From the sequence record SRR2962707_2131: DNA of 44,239 bases; one strand, 5' to 3'. Shown here piece after piece: positions 9,790 to 22,607 of this stretch. The stretch's first letter is position 1. Each line of letters opens with the position of its first letter. Below the pieces are notes generated by a model, which was not told the origin of the DNA, made no database searches, and saw only the letters and a program-made list of their open reading frames with translations. The translations under genes and the position numbers were made by a program.

Positions 9790-12700
9790 TCAAATCCACC
9801 GGCAACGCGCAAGTGTGTAGTACAGAAGCGGAACCACCAGAACGGTCAGCAAAGTGGACATGGCGAGGCCAAAGACCAACGATATCGCCAGGCCATTAAA
9901 AATCGGATCGTTCAGGATAAAGTAAGCACCCACCATCGCTGAAATGGCCGTCAGAGCAATCGGTTTGATGCGGACTGCACCTGCCAGTACCACCGCTTCG
10001 TCCAGTTCTACGCCCTCCTCGATTAACTGCCGGATAAATACCACCAGCAGAATGGAATTGCGCACAATGATGCCGGCCAGGGCAATCATGCCGATCATGC
10101 TGGTGGCGGTGAATTCCCGCCCCAACAGGGCATGGCCGGGCATGATACCGATCATCGTCAGGGGAATGGGCGCCATGATCACCAACGGCAAAATATAGGA
10201 GCGGAACTGGGCCACCAGCAACACGAAGATCATGAAAACCCCCACGCTGTAGGCGGCCCCCATATCCCGAAACGTTTCGTAGGTGATCTGCCATTCGCCG
10301 TCCCATTTCAGGGTGCCTTTTTCCGGCAATGGGGGCTGATCAATGAAATACTGCTCCGGCGCCCACTCCTGTTGGTCCAGACGTTCAACCATCGCAAACA
10401 TGCCATACAACGGTGAATCGATCTCGCCCGCCATATCCGCCGTCACGTAGGTCACCGGCAGCAAATCCTTGTGGTAGATCGCGCCCATCCAGTCGGCCTC
10501 GCGAACATCGGCAATACTCGCCAAAGGAACCAGGTTGCCATCACGACTGCGCACGTTCAGGGATAACAATGCCGCGGGCTGGGCCTTGTCGCCTTCGCTC
10601 AGAATCACACGAATCGGAACCGGGTACTTGGCGTGGTCATCGTGCAGGAAACTGACACTGGTGCCGCCCAGGGCCGTCTGGAGGGCACCGACCACCTGGG
10701 CCTGGGACACGCCAAGCCGTGCCGCGCGGTCCCGATCCACAACCACTTCCCACTGTCGAGTAGGCGCCTCAAGCGTGGTATCGATATCCACCAGACCATC
10801 CACCCGGGTCATGCCCTCGGCCACTTGCCGGGCCAGTTCCGCCCGACGGTTTTCATCCACCGCGTAGATCTCCGCCACCACCGGTGACAATACCGGCGGA
10901 CCGGGCGGCACCTCGACAATCTTGACGCTGGCGCCGTGCTGCTTACCGATCTCGGTCAACGGACCCCGGAGCGACTGGGCAATGGCATGAGACTGCCGTT
11001 CCCGGCGCTCCTCATGAATAAGATTGACCTGGATATCGCCGTGGTAAGGGTCGCCACGCAGGTAGTATTGCCTGACCAGACCGTTGAAATTGATCGGCGA
11101 CGCGGTACCGGCGTAGGTCTGCCAGTTGGCCACTTCATCCACCGTTTCCAGGTAGCGGCCCATTTCCATCAACACCCGCTGGGTCTGCTCCATGGGTGTG
11201 CGCTCCGGCATATCCACCACCACTTGCAGCTCGGACTTGTTGTCGAACGGCAGCATCTTCAGGATCACCGCCTGAAACACCGGTAGCGAGGTGGCGGCCA
11301 GGGTCAGGCCCACCACGCCCAGTGCCAGCACACGGCGCCGCCAGGGATGATCGCCCAGGAAGGGACCGAGCACCGTCCGGAAAATTCGCAGGGACACTGG
11401 ACTGACGCCATCCGCCGAGCTGGAAGCCTCCTCGGCTTCGGCGGCCTGCTCGCCCTTCTTGTGTTTTAGAAGCCTGAAAGCCAGCCAGGGCGCCACCACA
11501 AAGGCAACAATCTGGGACAGTACCATACCGGCCGAGGCGTTGATCGGAATCGGGCTCATGTAGGGCCCCATCAGGCCACTGACAAACGCCATTGGAATCA
11601 GCGCAGCCATGATGGTGAGGCTGGCCATAATGGTGGGGGTGCCCACCTCGTCTACCGCAACGGGAATAATGTCTTTCACCGCCCGCCGGGAGTTCTGGAT
11701 GCGTCGGTTGATGTTCTCGGTGATCACGATGCCATCGTCCACCAGGATGCCGATGGAGAAGATCAGCGCAAACAGGGAGACGCGGTTGAGGGTGAAGCCC
11801 CAGGCCCAGGAGAACACCAGGGTCAGCAGCAGGGTAATCAGCACCGCAATGCCGACAATCAGCGCCTGGCGCCAGCCCATGGCCGCCAGCACCAGCAACA
11901 CAACGCAGAGGGTGGCGGAGATCAAATCGGTTATCAGTTTGCGGGCTTTCTGGGAGGCAGTCACACCATAGTCCCGGGTCACCAGAACCTCCACGGATTG
12001 CGGCAGGGCCCGGTTGCGCAGCTGCGCCAGACGCTCTTCAATGGCCGTGGTGATGTTGATGGCGTTCTCGCCCGGCTTCTTGGCGATGGCCAGGGTGACC
12101 GCCGGGTAAACCTGACCGGGTCGGCCAGCCATGCCGTCCTCATGGGCCGGCCCGAATCCGGTCATCACACTCTGGTCAGCCACAGTGCCTCCGCGGCTAA
12201 CCTCGGCCACATCTTCCAGGTACACCGCAGCGCCGTTTTGCATACCGACCACCAGGCGCCGGACATCCTCCACCGTTTCCAGCAGCGTGCCGGCCTGGAC
12301 CGGTATCGACAGGTTGTCCCGGGTAATCCGGGCTTCCTGGCTGCTGGTGTTGGCCGCCGCCAGGGCGTTACGGATATCGTCGATGGTGAGGTTGAAGCCC
12401 GCCAGCAACGCCGGATCGAACCGGATATCCACCCGATCCGGAGTGCCGCCGGTGGTGTAGACATCCCGGGTACCCGGAACCCTTTTCAGGGCGACTTCCA
12501 GCATATGTGCCAGGCGGGTCAGTTCCTCACCGGTATGTCCGTTGGCCGGGTCGTAGAGGGTAAGCGTCATCACCGGCACATCATCAATGCCCTTGGGTTT
12601 GATCACCGGCTGGGTCGCACCCAGGTTGGCCGGCAGCCAGTCCTGATTGGAGTACACCTGGTTGTAAAGCCGCACCAGGGCTTCCTGCCGTGGGATGCCC

Positions 12701-13020
12701 ACCTCAAACTGCACCGTGATCACGGCCTGGCCCTGCCGCGATACCGAATAGACGTGTTCGACGCCCTGGATCTCACTCATCACCTGTTCGGCGGGCGTGG
12801 CAATCGCGCTTTCCACCTCCCGGGTACTGGCGCCGGGAAAGGCCACCATGATATCGGCCATGGTGACGTCAATCTGGGGCTCTTCCTCCTTGGGCGTGAC
12901 CACCACGGCCAGGATGCCCAGAATGATTGCCAGGATAGCCAGCAGTGGTGTCAGGTGGTTATTCTGAAAAACCCGGGCAATGGCACCGGATGGACCAACG
13001 GGCGGCAGATCACTGCTCAC
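9790..13020 (-). CDS. RND efflux transporter permease (AcrB family, second paralog)
   Basis: 1076 aa; TPKEEEPQIDV, FPGASTREVE, GILVDDGIVITENI, RIKPIALTA. Confidence 0.95.
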   Translation of the reverse strand: MSSDLPPVGPSGAIARVFQNNHLTPLLAILAIILGILAVVVTPKEEEPQIDVTMADIMVAFPGASTREVESAIATPAEQVMSEIQGVEHVYSVSRQGQAVITVQFEVGIPRQEALVRLYNQVYSNQDWLPANLGATQPVIKPKGIDDVPVMTLTLYDPANGHTGEELTRLAHMLEVALKRVPGTRDVYTTGGTPDRVDIRFDPALLAGFNLTIDDIRNALAAANTSSQEARITRDNLSIPVQAGTLLETVEDVRRLVVGMQNGAAVYLEDVAEVSRGGTVADQSVMTGFGPAHEDGMAGRPGQVYPAVTLAIAKKPGENAINITTAIEERLAQLRNRALPQSVEVLVTRDYGVTASQKARKLITDLISATLCVVLLVLAAMGWRQALIVGIAVLITLLLTLVFSWAWGFTLNRVSLFALIFSIGILVDDGIVITENINRRIQNSRRAVKDIIPVAVDEVGTPTIMASLTIMAALIPMAFVSGLMGPYMSPIPINASAGMVLSQIVAFVVAPWLAFRLLKHKKGEQAAEAEEASSSADGVSPVSLRIFRTVLGPFLGDHPWRRRVLALGVVGLTLAATSLPVFQAVILKMLPFDNKSELQVVVDMPERTPMEQTQRVLMEMGRYLETVDEVANWQTYAGTASPINFNGLVRQYYLRGDPYHGDIQVNLIHEERRERQSHAIAQSLRGPLTEIGKQHGASVKIVEVPPGPPVLSPVVAEIYAVDENRRAELARQVAEGMTRVDGLVDIDTTLEAPTRQWEVVVDRDRAARLGVSQAQVVGALQTALGGTSVSFLHDDHAKYPVPIRVILSEGDKAQPAALLSLNVRSRDGNLVPLASIADVREADWMGAIYHKDLLPVTYVTADMAGEIDSPLYGMFAMVERLDQQEWAPEQYFIDQPPLPEKGTLKWDGEWQITYETFRDMGAAYSVGVFMIFVLLVAQFRSYILPLVIMAPIPLTMIGIMPGHALLGREFTATSMIGMIALAGIIVRNSILLVVFIRQLIEEGVELDEAVVLAGAVRIKPIALTAISAMVGAYFILNDPIFNGLAISLVFGLAMSTLLTVLVVPLLYYTLARCRWI

Positions 13021-14078
13021 GGATTCGACTCCTCGCCCGAGTCTTCAACCGGATTCAGACGATCGCTGCCCACCAGTTCGGCAGGGTTCGACACCACACG
13101 CTCGCCTTCGCTGAGGCCGGCCAGGATCTCGAGCCTGCCGTTATCCCGCATCCCCGTGCGTACCTGGCGCAGGCGGGGCTGATCCTGATTGTCCAGTACA
13201 AAGACGGCCCTGAGTTCGCTGCGCTGAATCAGGCTGCTGGCCGGCACCCACAGTGCCTTCCGGCTGGCAACCGGCACACTGACTTTCACCAGCATGCCCG
13301 GAAACAGGGAACCATTGGGCTCACTCAGGCGCATCCGCAGGCGGAAGGTGTGGGTTTGCGGATTGGCATAGGGGTAGAAAGTCATCTCTCCGGTTTCCAG
13401 CACCCGGCCATCGGGCAGGGTCACGGTGGCCTGGCGCTGACTGCGTGCAACATCGGCGTATTTCTGGGGAAGGTCCACCACCACCCGCAGCTGTTCAAGG
13501 GACAGACCGCTGAGCAAAGGCTGGCCGGGGCTCACAGACTCACCAAGCTCGACATGCCGTTCGGTGAGAATGCCGCCATAGGGGGCGATAATACGAGTGT
13601 AGTCCAGCTGCTTGCGTGCTTCGGCCACGGTCGCTTCCGCCCTTTCCACCCTGGCCTGGGCAGCGCTCAGATTATTGCGAGCCTGGTCGAATTCCTGCCG
13701 CGACACCAGGCCCCGTTCATGAATGGCTTCGATTCTTTGATACTGCTGACGGGCATCCTCCAATCCGGAACGGGCTTCCTGCAGTCCGGCTTCGGCCTGG
13801 TTGAGCCGGGCCTGCTGTTCGCTGTCTTCCAGGCGCACGATCAGATCACCGGCGGCAACGGAATCATCCACATCAAAGGGCAGCTCCACCACCGTACCGC
13901 TGGTCTGGGCGGATACGGTACTCTGCTGAACCGCTTCAATAACACCATCAAGAAGGGCGGTTTCCTGCAGGGTGGCCCGCGTTACCGCCTGCGTTTCCAC
14001 GGTCTCAGCCGATAAAGCGGAACTGATCAGTATCAGAAGCAGCCCCCGGATCGCCTGAACACACTTACCCATCTTCAT
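13017..14078 (-). CDS. RND periplasmic adaptor (membrane fusion protein)
   Basis: VSAQTSGTV, IIAPYGGI, VELGESVSPGQPL, LFPGMLV, GLSEGERVV. SD spacing (AAGGA) favours the second ATG at 14072. Confidence 0.92.
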   Translation of the reverse strand: MKMGKCVQAIRGLLLILISSALSAETVETQAVTRATLQETALLDGVIEAVQQSTVSAQTSGTVVELPFDVDDSVAAGDLIVRLEDSEQQARLNQAEAGLQEARSGLEDARQQYQRIEAIHERGLVSRQEFDQARNNLSAAQARVERAEATVAEARKQLDYTRIIAPYGGILTERHVELGESVSPGQPLLSGLSLEQLRVVVDLPQKYADVARSQRQATVTLPDGRVLETGEMTFYPYANPQTHTFRLRMRLSEPNGSLFPGMLVKVSVPVASRKALWVPASSLIQRSELRAVFVLDNQDQPRLRQVRTGMRDNGRLEILAGLSEGERVVSNPAELVGSDRLNPVEDSGEESNP

Positions 14079-14175
14079 TATTCCTTTAAAGAATTACTTG
14101 ATAACCAAGTGTAGCATTACCCCTGACACCCTTCAGTCTAGTTGCTGTCCTTGCGAACCGGGTTTGATCAACGAC

Positions 14176-14210
14176 AAAAAAACCCCGGATGGAGTGACCT
14201 CCACCCGGGG
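14176..14210 (-). terminator. Intrinsic terminator downstream of the TonB-dependent receptor
   Basis: Minus strand reads CCCCGGGTGGAG-GTCA-CTCCATCCGGGG then T7: a 12-bp stem with one G-U pair. Confidence 0.88.
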
Positions 14211-14260
14211 TATAAATGTCACCCGCCGGCTATGAGAAGCGGGCAACCGCCATAATCCTT

Positions 14261-17907
<3,647 letters not shown>

Positions 17908-17914
17908 TCACGCC

Positions 17915-20503
17915 ATGACGCACCAGCAGCCTCAGCAGACCACAGGCCGGGTGTCCACCGGACTGCCCGGTCTGGATGAGGTGCTGGATGGCCTGCGAAT
18001 CGGCGACAATGTTGTCTGGCGGGTCTCCGATCTGGACGATTACCGCCGATTCGTTCTTCCCTTTCTGGATGCTGCCGCCAAAGCCGGCCGGCAGATCATC
18101 TATCTCCGCTTCGGCGAGCATCCGCCGATCATTGACCAGCACCCTGCGGTGCGCACCATCACCATTGATGCCCTCGGCGGCTTCGAGAGTTTTACCAGCC
18201 GGGTCTGGCACCTGATCGAACAGCATGGCCGCGGCGCCTTCTACGTTTGCGACAGCCTGAGTGAGCTACTCAACGCCTGGGCCACCGACGCCATGGTGGG
18301 CAACTTTTTCCGGGTCGTATGTCCCTTCCTGTTCGAACTGGATACCGTCGCCTGGTTCGCCCTGCACCCGGACCGACACTCCCGGATGACCCTGGACCGG
18401 ATTCGCCAGACCACCCAGGTGATGATTGATGTACACCGCCACGGCGACGATGTGCAGATTCATCCCATCAAAGCCTGGCGCCGGCAGTCACCGACCATGT
18501 TCCTGCCCCATCGGGAACAGGCTGGCCAGTTCCGACCGATTACCGACAGCAGCGATGCCACCCGCTTGCAGGCCTCGCTGGAATCCAGGCACCTGCATCG
18601 CCAGCCACTGCTGGATTACTGGGACAGACTGTTCCAGGAAGTCAGCCGGGCCGTTTTTGAGCAGGACCAGGCCTGCATGCCTGATCTGCAGGAGCAGGTT
18701 CTGCAGGTGATGATCAGCCGCGACCCCAAGATTCTGGAACTGGCCCGGCGCTACCTGACCCTGGAAGATCTGCTCACCATCCGCAGCCGTCTGGTTGGCA
18801 GCGGTTACATTGGCGGCAAGGCCACAGGCATGCTGATTGCCCGTAACATTCTGCTGAAAGATGACCCTGAACTCTGGCAGCCGAATCTGGAACCCCACGA
18901 TTCCAGCTACCTGGGCACCGACGCCTACTACGCATTTCTGGTCCACAACGGCCTGTGGCCGGCAATCATGCGACAACGCTCACCAGAAGGTTATCTCAGT
19001 GAAGCACCCTCTCTTCGCAAGGCCATCCTGACCGGGCAATTCCCGGCGGAAGTCCGTTCGGAGCTGGAACGCCTGCTTGACCATTACGGCCAGTATCCCA
19101 TCCTGGTACGCTCATCCAGCCTGCAGGAGGATGGTTTCGGCAACGCCTTTGCCGGCAAATACGACAGTGTCTTCCTGATCAACCAGGGGGCACCGGAACA
19201 GCGACTGGCGGAACTGGAAGATGCCATCCGACAGGTCTACGCCTCGTCCATGAGCGACGACGCTCTGGTGTACCGTAAACAACGAGGCCTGGATCAGCGC
19301 GAGGAACCCATGGCCCTGTTGATCCAGCGGGTAAATGGCCGTTTCCATGGCCGCTATTACCTGCCCGATGCCGCGGGCGTTGGCGTGTCCAGAAACACCT
19401 TTGCCTGGGACAGCACCATGAACCCGAAAGCGGGCATGGTCCGCCTGGTTATGGGGCTGGGCACCCGGGCCGTAGACCGGATTGAAGGCGACCACGCCTG
19501 CGTGATGGCGCTGGATCATCCCGGCCGGCAACCTTTCCGCAACCCGGACGAACACTATCGATTCTCCCAACATCTGGTGGACCTGCTCGACCTGCAGGAG
19601 GGCCATCTGGAAACCCGACCCCTGAGCCAGTTACTGGACACCGTTCAAGATCTGCCCATGGCCCAGATGGGCGAAATCGACCGGGCCGCCAGTACCCGGG
19701 CGGAACAGATTGGGCTGCCAGGGCCGGTCTGGCGACTGACCTTCCGGCCGCTGGTTCAGTTCAGCTCATTCATTCAGCGGCTGTCATCTCTGTTATCTAC
19801 CCTGGAGGCCGGCTATCAGCATCCCGTGGATGTCGAGTTCACCCTGCATATTGATGAACAGGGCGAACCCTCCTTCAATCTGGTTCAGTGCCGGCCACTG
19901 GCCACGATTGGTGAAACCGGTCCGGTCACACTGCCGGAACATCTGCCCGCGGAGCGAGAGATTTTCCGCACCCAGGGCCACTTCATGGGCGGCAACATCA
20001 ATCTGGCGATTACGCGGATTATCCGTATAGATGCGGCGATCTACGCCAACCTGAATATCAATCAGCGTTACGATGTGGCCCGACGTGTCGGCGAGGTGGT
20101 TCGGGAATCCAGCGCCAGCACCCTGCTGATCGGTCCCGGACGTTGGGGCACCAGCAGCCCGGAGCTGGGCGTTCCGGTCAGGTTTGCCGATATTGCCGGC
20201 GTCAGTGCCTTGGTGGAGGTATCGGAGAATGCCGGCGACATGGTGCCGGATCTGTCCTACGGTTCCCATTTCTTCCAGGATCTGGTGGAAACCGGTATTG
20301 CCTATGTGGCGCTGTTTCCTGAATCAGACCAGTGCCGCTACCGACCTGACCTTCTGCCCGGCGAAATCTCCCAGCCTGACAACGCCAGTGACATTGAGCG
20401 CGCCGTCCGGGTATATGTCACCGACCAGACACCCCTGCAACTGACCGGTGATGTGGTTCGGCAGGAACTGGTGTGCTACCGGCCGGTTGACCCGAAGCAA
20501 TAG
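17915..20503 (+). CDS. Uncharacterised PEP/pyruvate-binding (PPDK_N ATP-grasp) protein with an N-terminal KaiC/RecA-like domain
   Basis: N-terminus RVSTGLPGLDEVL. ATP-grasp motifs IGGKA, VRSSSLQEDGFGNAFAGKYDS, GLGTRAVD, PVDVEF, LVQCRPL. C-terminal GPGRWGT and SYGSHFFQ. Confidence 0.85.
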   Translation: MTHQQPQQTTGRVSTGLPGLDEVLDGLRIGDNVVWRVSDLDDYRRFVLPFLDAAAKAGRQIIYLRFGEHPPIIDQHPAVRTITIDALGGFESFTSRVWHLIEQHGRGAFYVCDSLSELLNAWATDAMVGNFFRVVCPFLFELDTVAWFALHPDRHSRMTLDRIRQTTQVMIDVHRHGDDVQIHPIKAWRRQSPTMFLPHREQAGQFRPITDSSDATRLQASLESRHLHRQPLLDYWDRLFQEVSRAVFEQDQACMPDLQEQVLQVMISRDPKILELARRYLTLEDLLTIRSRLVGSGYIGGKATGMLIARNILLKDDPELWQPNLEPHDSSYLGTDAYYAFLVHNGLWPAIMRQRSPEGYLSEAPSLRKAILTGQFPAEVRSELERLLDHYGQYPILVRSSSLQEDGFGNAFAGKYDSVFLINQGAPEQRLAELEDAIRQVYASSMSDDALVYRKQRGLDQREEPMALLIQRVNGRFHGRYYLPDAAGVGVSRNTFAWDSTMNPKAGMVRLVMGLGTRAVDRIEGDHACVMALDHPGRQPFRNPDEHYRFSQHLVDLLDLQEGHLETRPLSQLLDTVQDLPMAQMGEIDRAASTRAEQIGLPGPVWRLTFRPLVQFSSFIQRLSSLLSTLEAGYQHPVDVEFTLHIDEQGEPSFNLVQCRPLATIGETGPVTLPEHLPAEREIFRTQGHFMGGNINLAITRIIRIDAAIYANLNINQRYDVARRVGEVVRESSASTLLIGPGRWGTSSPELGVPVRFADIAGVSALVEVSENAGDMVPDLSYGSHFFQDLVETGIAYVALFPESDQCRYRPDLLPGEISQPDNASDIERAVRVYVTDQTPLQLTGDVVRQELVCYRPVDPKQ

Positions 20504-20537
20504 CCAGAGGTTTTTCGCCCCGGCACCGACAACACGC

Positions 20538-20552
20538 TGCTAGAATGCCCTC
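20538..20552 (+). promoter_or_regulatory. Extended -10 promoter, probably giving a leaderless regB mRNA
   Basis: TGcTAGAAT ends 6 nt before ATG 20553; no SD sequence. Confidence 0.5.
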
Positions 20553-21824
20553 ATGGAATGGCTGACACACTCACAGACCGGTTTTCGGCAGGCCGCCCGC
20601 TACCTTCTGGGCATGCGCCTGGCCATTATTGTCACCTTGCTGGTGGCGGTCGCGGTTGCCGAAACCACCATCACCCTTGCTCATCGGGCCGAGGCGCTGC
20701 TGCTGTGCCTGCTATACGGTGTACTGGCCACGCTCGGATGGTTATGGTTCAGCCGACGCCCGCCCGCCTCGGCGGTTTTTGTCAGCCTTACCCTGGCAGC
20801 CGATCTGGTACTGATCGGGTTCTGGCTTTACCTTACCGGAGGCTACACCAACCCTCTGGTCTCGCTCCTGCTGCTGCCGATTGCGGTCGCCATCATCCTG
20901 GTGCCTGGGCGCCACAGTATCGTCCTGACAGTATCCGGTGTTCTGGTGTATACCGCCCTGGTGCTCTGGCATACGCCCGCCATTGAACATCAGCATCACG
21001 GCGGCGACCTGGCCCAGCTACATCTGGTGGGTATGTGGGTGACCTTTGCCCTGACTGCCACCATCCTGCTCCTGGTAGTGGGCACTCTGGCCCGCCAGCT
21101 CAGAGCACAGCAATCCCAGCTTGGACAGTTCCGGGAAAACCGGCTTCGCGACGAACAGATTATTTCTCTGGGGCTGTCCGCCGCGGCCGTCGCCCATCGT
21201 CTCGGAACGCCCCTGAACACCATGACGTTACTGCTGGATGAAATTCGCTCTGCCACCTCTGATCAGGACGATAAGCATCTGGAGGATGATCTGAGCATGA
21301 TGCAACAGCAGCTGGCACTGTGCAGTGGCCATCTCCAGCAGCTGACCCAGGCGGCCGTCGAAGCCCGCAACGCAAAACTGGAAAACCTGCCGGTGTCCGC
21401 CTGGCTCAAACGGCTTCGGGAGTCTGCAACCTTGCTCTGGCCCGCCGGGCCGATACGCTGGGCAGACGATTGTCCCGAGGCCATGGTTGCGGTAGATGCC
21501 ACCCTCGATCAGGCGGTACTGAACCTGCTCGCCAACGCCCTGACCGCCAGCCCGCAATGGGTCGCCGTCAGTTGCCAGAGGGCCGACAATGCACGGGTCG
21601 AGATCATCGTCGAAGACCACGGCGATGGTCTGGAAAGTGCCTTTGCCGGTGCGCCGGGCGAAGACGTGGTGGATTCCCGCAACGGCCTGGGTGTGGGGCT
21701 GTTTCTGTCCAACGCCACCATACAGCGACTGGGCGGCCACCTTCGTGCCCGGGTGAGCGACCAGGGCACCACCATGGTGATCGACCTTCCGATGTCTGGC
21801 GCACCTTCTACGGGAGTTATCTGA
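20553..21824 (+). CDS. regB: RegB/PrrB/RoxS-family sensor histidine kinase
   Basis: Multi-TM N-terminus with TGGYTNPL (GGxxNPF-like); H-box AVAHRLGTPL; Cys in QLALC; NLLANA, DHGDG, GLGVGLFL. Confidence 0.85.
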   Translation: MEWLTHSQTGFRQAARYLLGMRLAIIVTLLVAVAVAETTITLAHRAEALLLCLLYGVLATLGWLWFSRRPPASAVFVSLTLAADLVLIGFWLYLTGGYTNPLVSLLLLPIAVAIILVPGRHSIVLTVSGVLVYTALVLWHTPAIEHQHHGGDLAQLHLVGMWVTFALTATILLLVVGTLARQLRAQQSQLGQFRENRLRDEQIISLGLSAAAVAHRLGTPLNTMTLLLDEIRSATSDQDDKHLEDDLSMMQQQLALCSGHLQQLTQAAVEARNAKLENLPVSAWLKRLRESATLLWPAGPIRWADDCPEAMVAVDATLDQAVLNLLANALTASPQWVAVSCQRADNARVEIIVEDHGDGLESAFAGAPGEDVVDSRNGLGVGLFLSNATIQRLGGHLRARVSDQGTTMVIDLPMSGAPSTGVI

Positions 21825-21826
21825 AC

Positions 21827-22360
21827 ATGACAGACGGCGAATGCTGGTTGCTGATTGATGACGATGAGAGCTTTCTGCAGGTACTAAGCCGCTCTCTTGC
21901 ACGACAGGGCGTGGAAAGCGCGACGGCCAGTAACCGGGCGGATGCGCTCCAGGCCCTTGGCGAGAAGCGTTTTAAACGCTGCGTGCTGGATCTGAATCTG
22001 GCGGGTGAGAGCGGCCTGCAATTACTGCCAGAACTGCTACAGGTTGATGACAATCTGGAGGTCCTGGTGTTGACCGGTTACGGCAGTATCGCCACGGCGG
22101 TTGAGGCTATGCGCCGTGGCGCCATGAACTACCTGTGCAAACCGGTCACCGTAAGCCAGCTGATTCACGGTTTTGAGCCCATTGAAGGCGCCCCTGAACT
22201 GCGCCAGGAACCGCCGTCGGTGGAGGAAATGGAGTGGGAGCATATCCAGCGGGTGTTAAATGAGCATGAAGGCAACATATCAGCAACCGCCCGGGCCCTG
22301 AACATGCACCGGCGTACACTCCAGCGCAAACTGCAGAAGCATTCCCGCTGGCGGCAATAG
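21827..22360 (+). CDS. regA: RegA/PrrA/RoxR-family response regulator
   Basis: Start reassigned to MTDGECWLLIDDD. LTGYGSIATAVEA, YLCKP, Fis-type HTH EWEHIQRVL...NISATARALNMHRRTLQRKL. Confidence 0.93.
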   Translation: MTDGECWLLIDDDESFLQVLSRSLARQGVESATASNRADALQALGEKRFKRCVLDLNLAGESGLQLLPELLQVDDNLEVLVLTGYGSIATAVEAMRRGAMNYLCKPVTVSQLIHGFEPIEGAPELRQEPPSVEEMEWEHIQRVLNEHEGNISATARALNMHRRTLQRKLQKHSRWRQ

Positions 22361-22396
22361 TGCCTCGATTGTCATCGAACCGTAAAAAGTTGTTAC

Positions 22397-22416
22397 GAAT
22401 TGACGATGATCAATTC
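22397..22416. promoter_or_regulatory. FNR/ANR-like box upstream of the GGDEF-EAL gene
   Basis: TTGAC-GATG-ATCAA (22400-22413), 9/10 match to TTGAT-N4-ATCAA, within the palindrome GAATTGA-N6-TCAATTC. Confidence 0.6.
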
Positions 22417-22607
22417 TCTGAAACCAAGGTCGAATGCCTTCCAGCCCCGGATGAGGTAGCATCCCCCGCACCTCTCATTGCAATATACGGATAACAAGTA
22501 CACGGAAAATGCGGAGGTTGCGGGTCGCCATCATAGCCATACCCGCGAACAGTTCTCACATGGAGAGGAGGAAGCCGAAAGCCACCGTTAACCGGAACAC
22601 CTGATCT

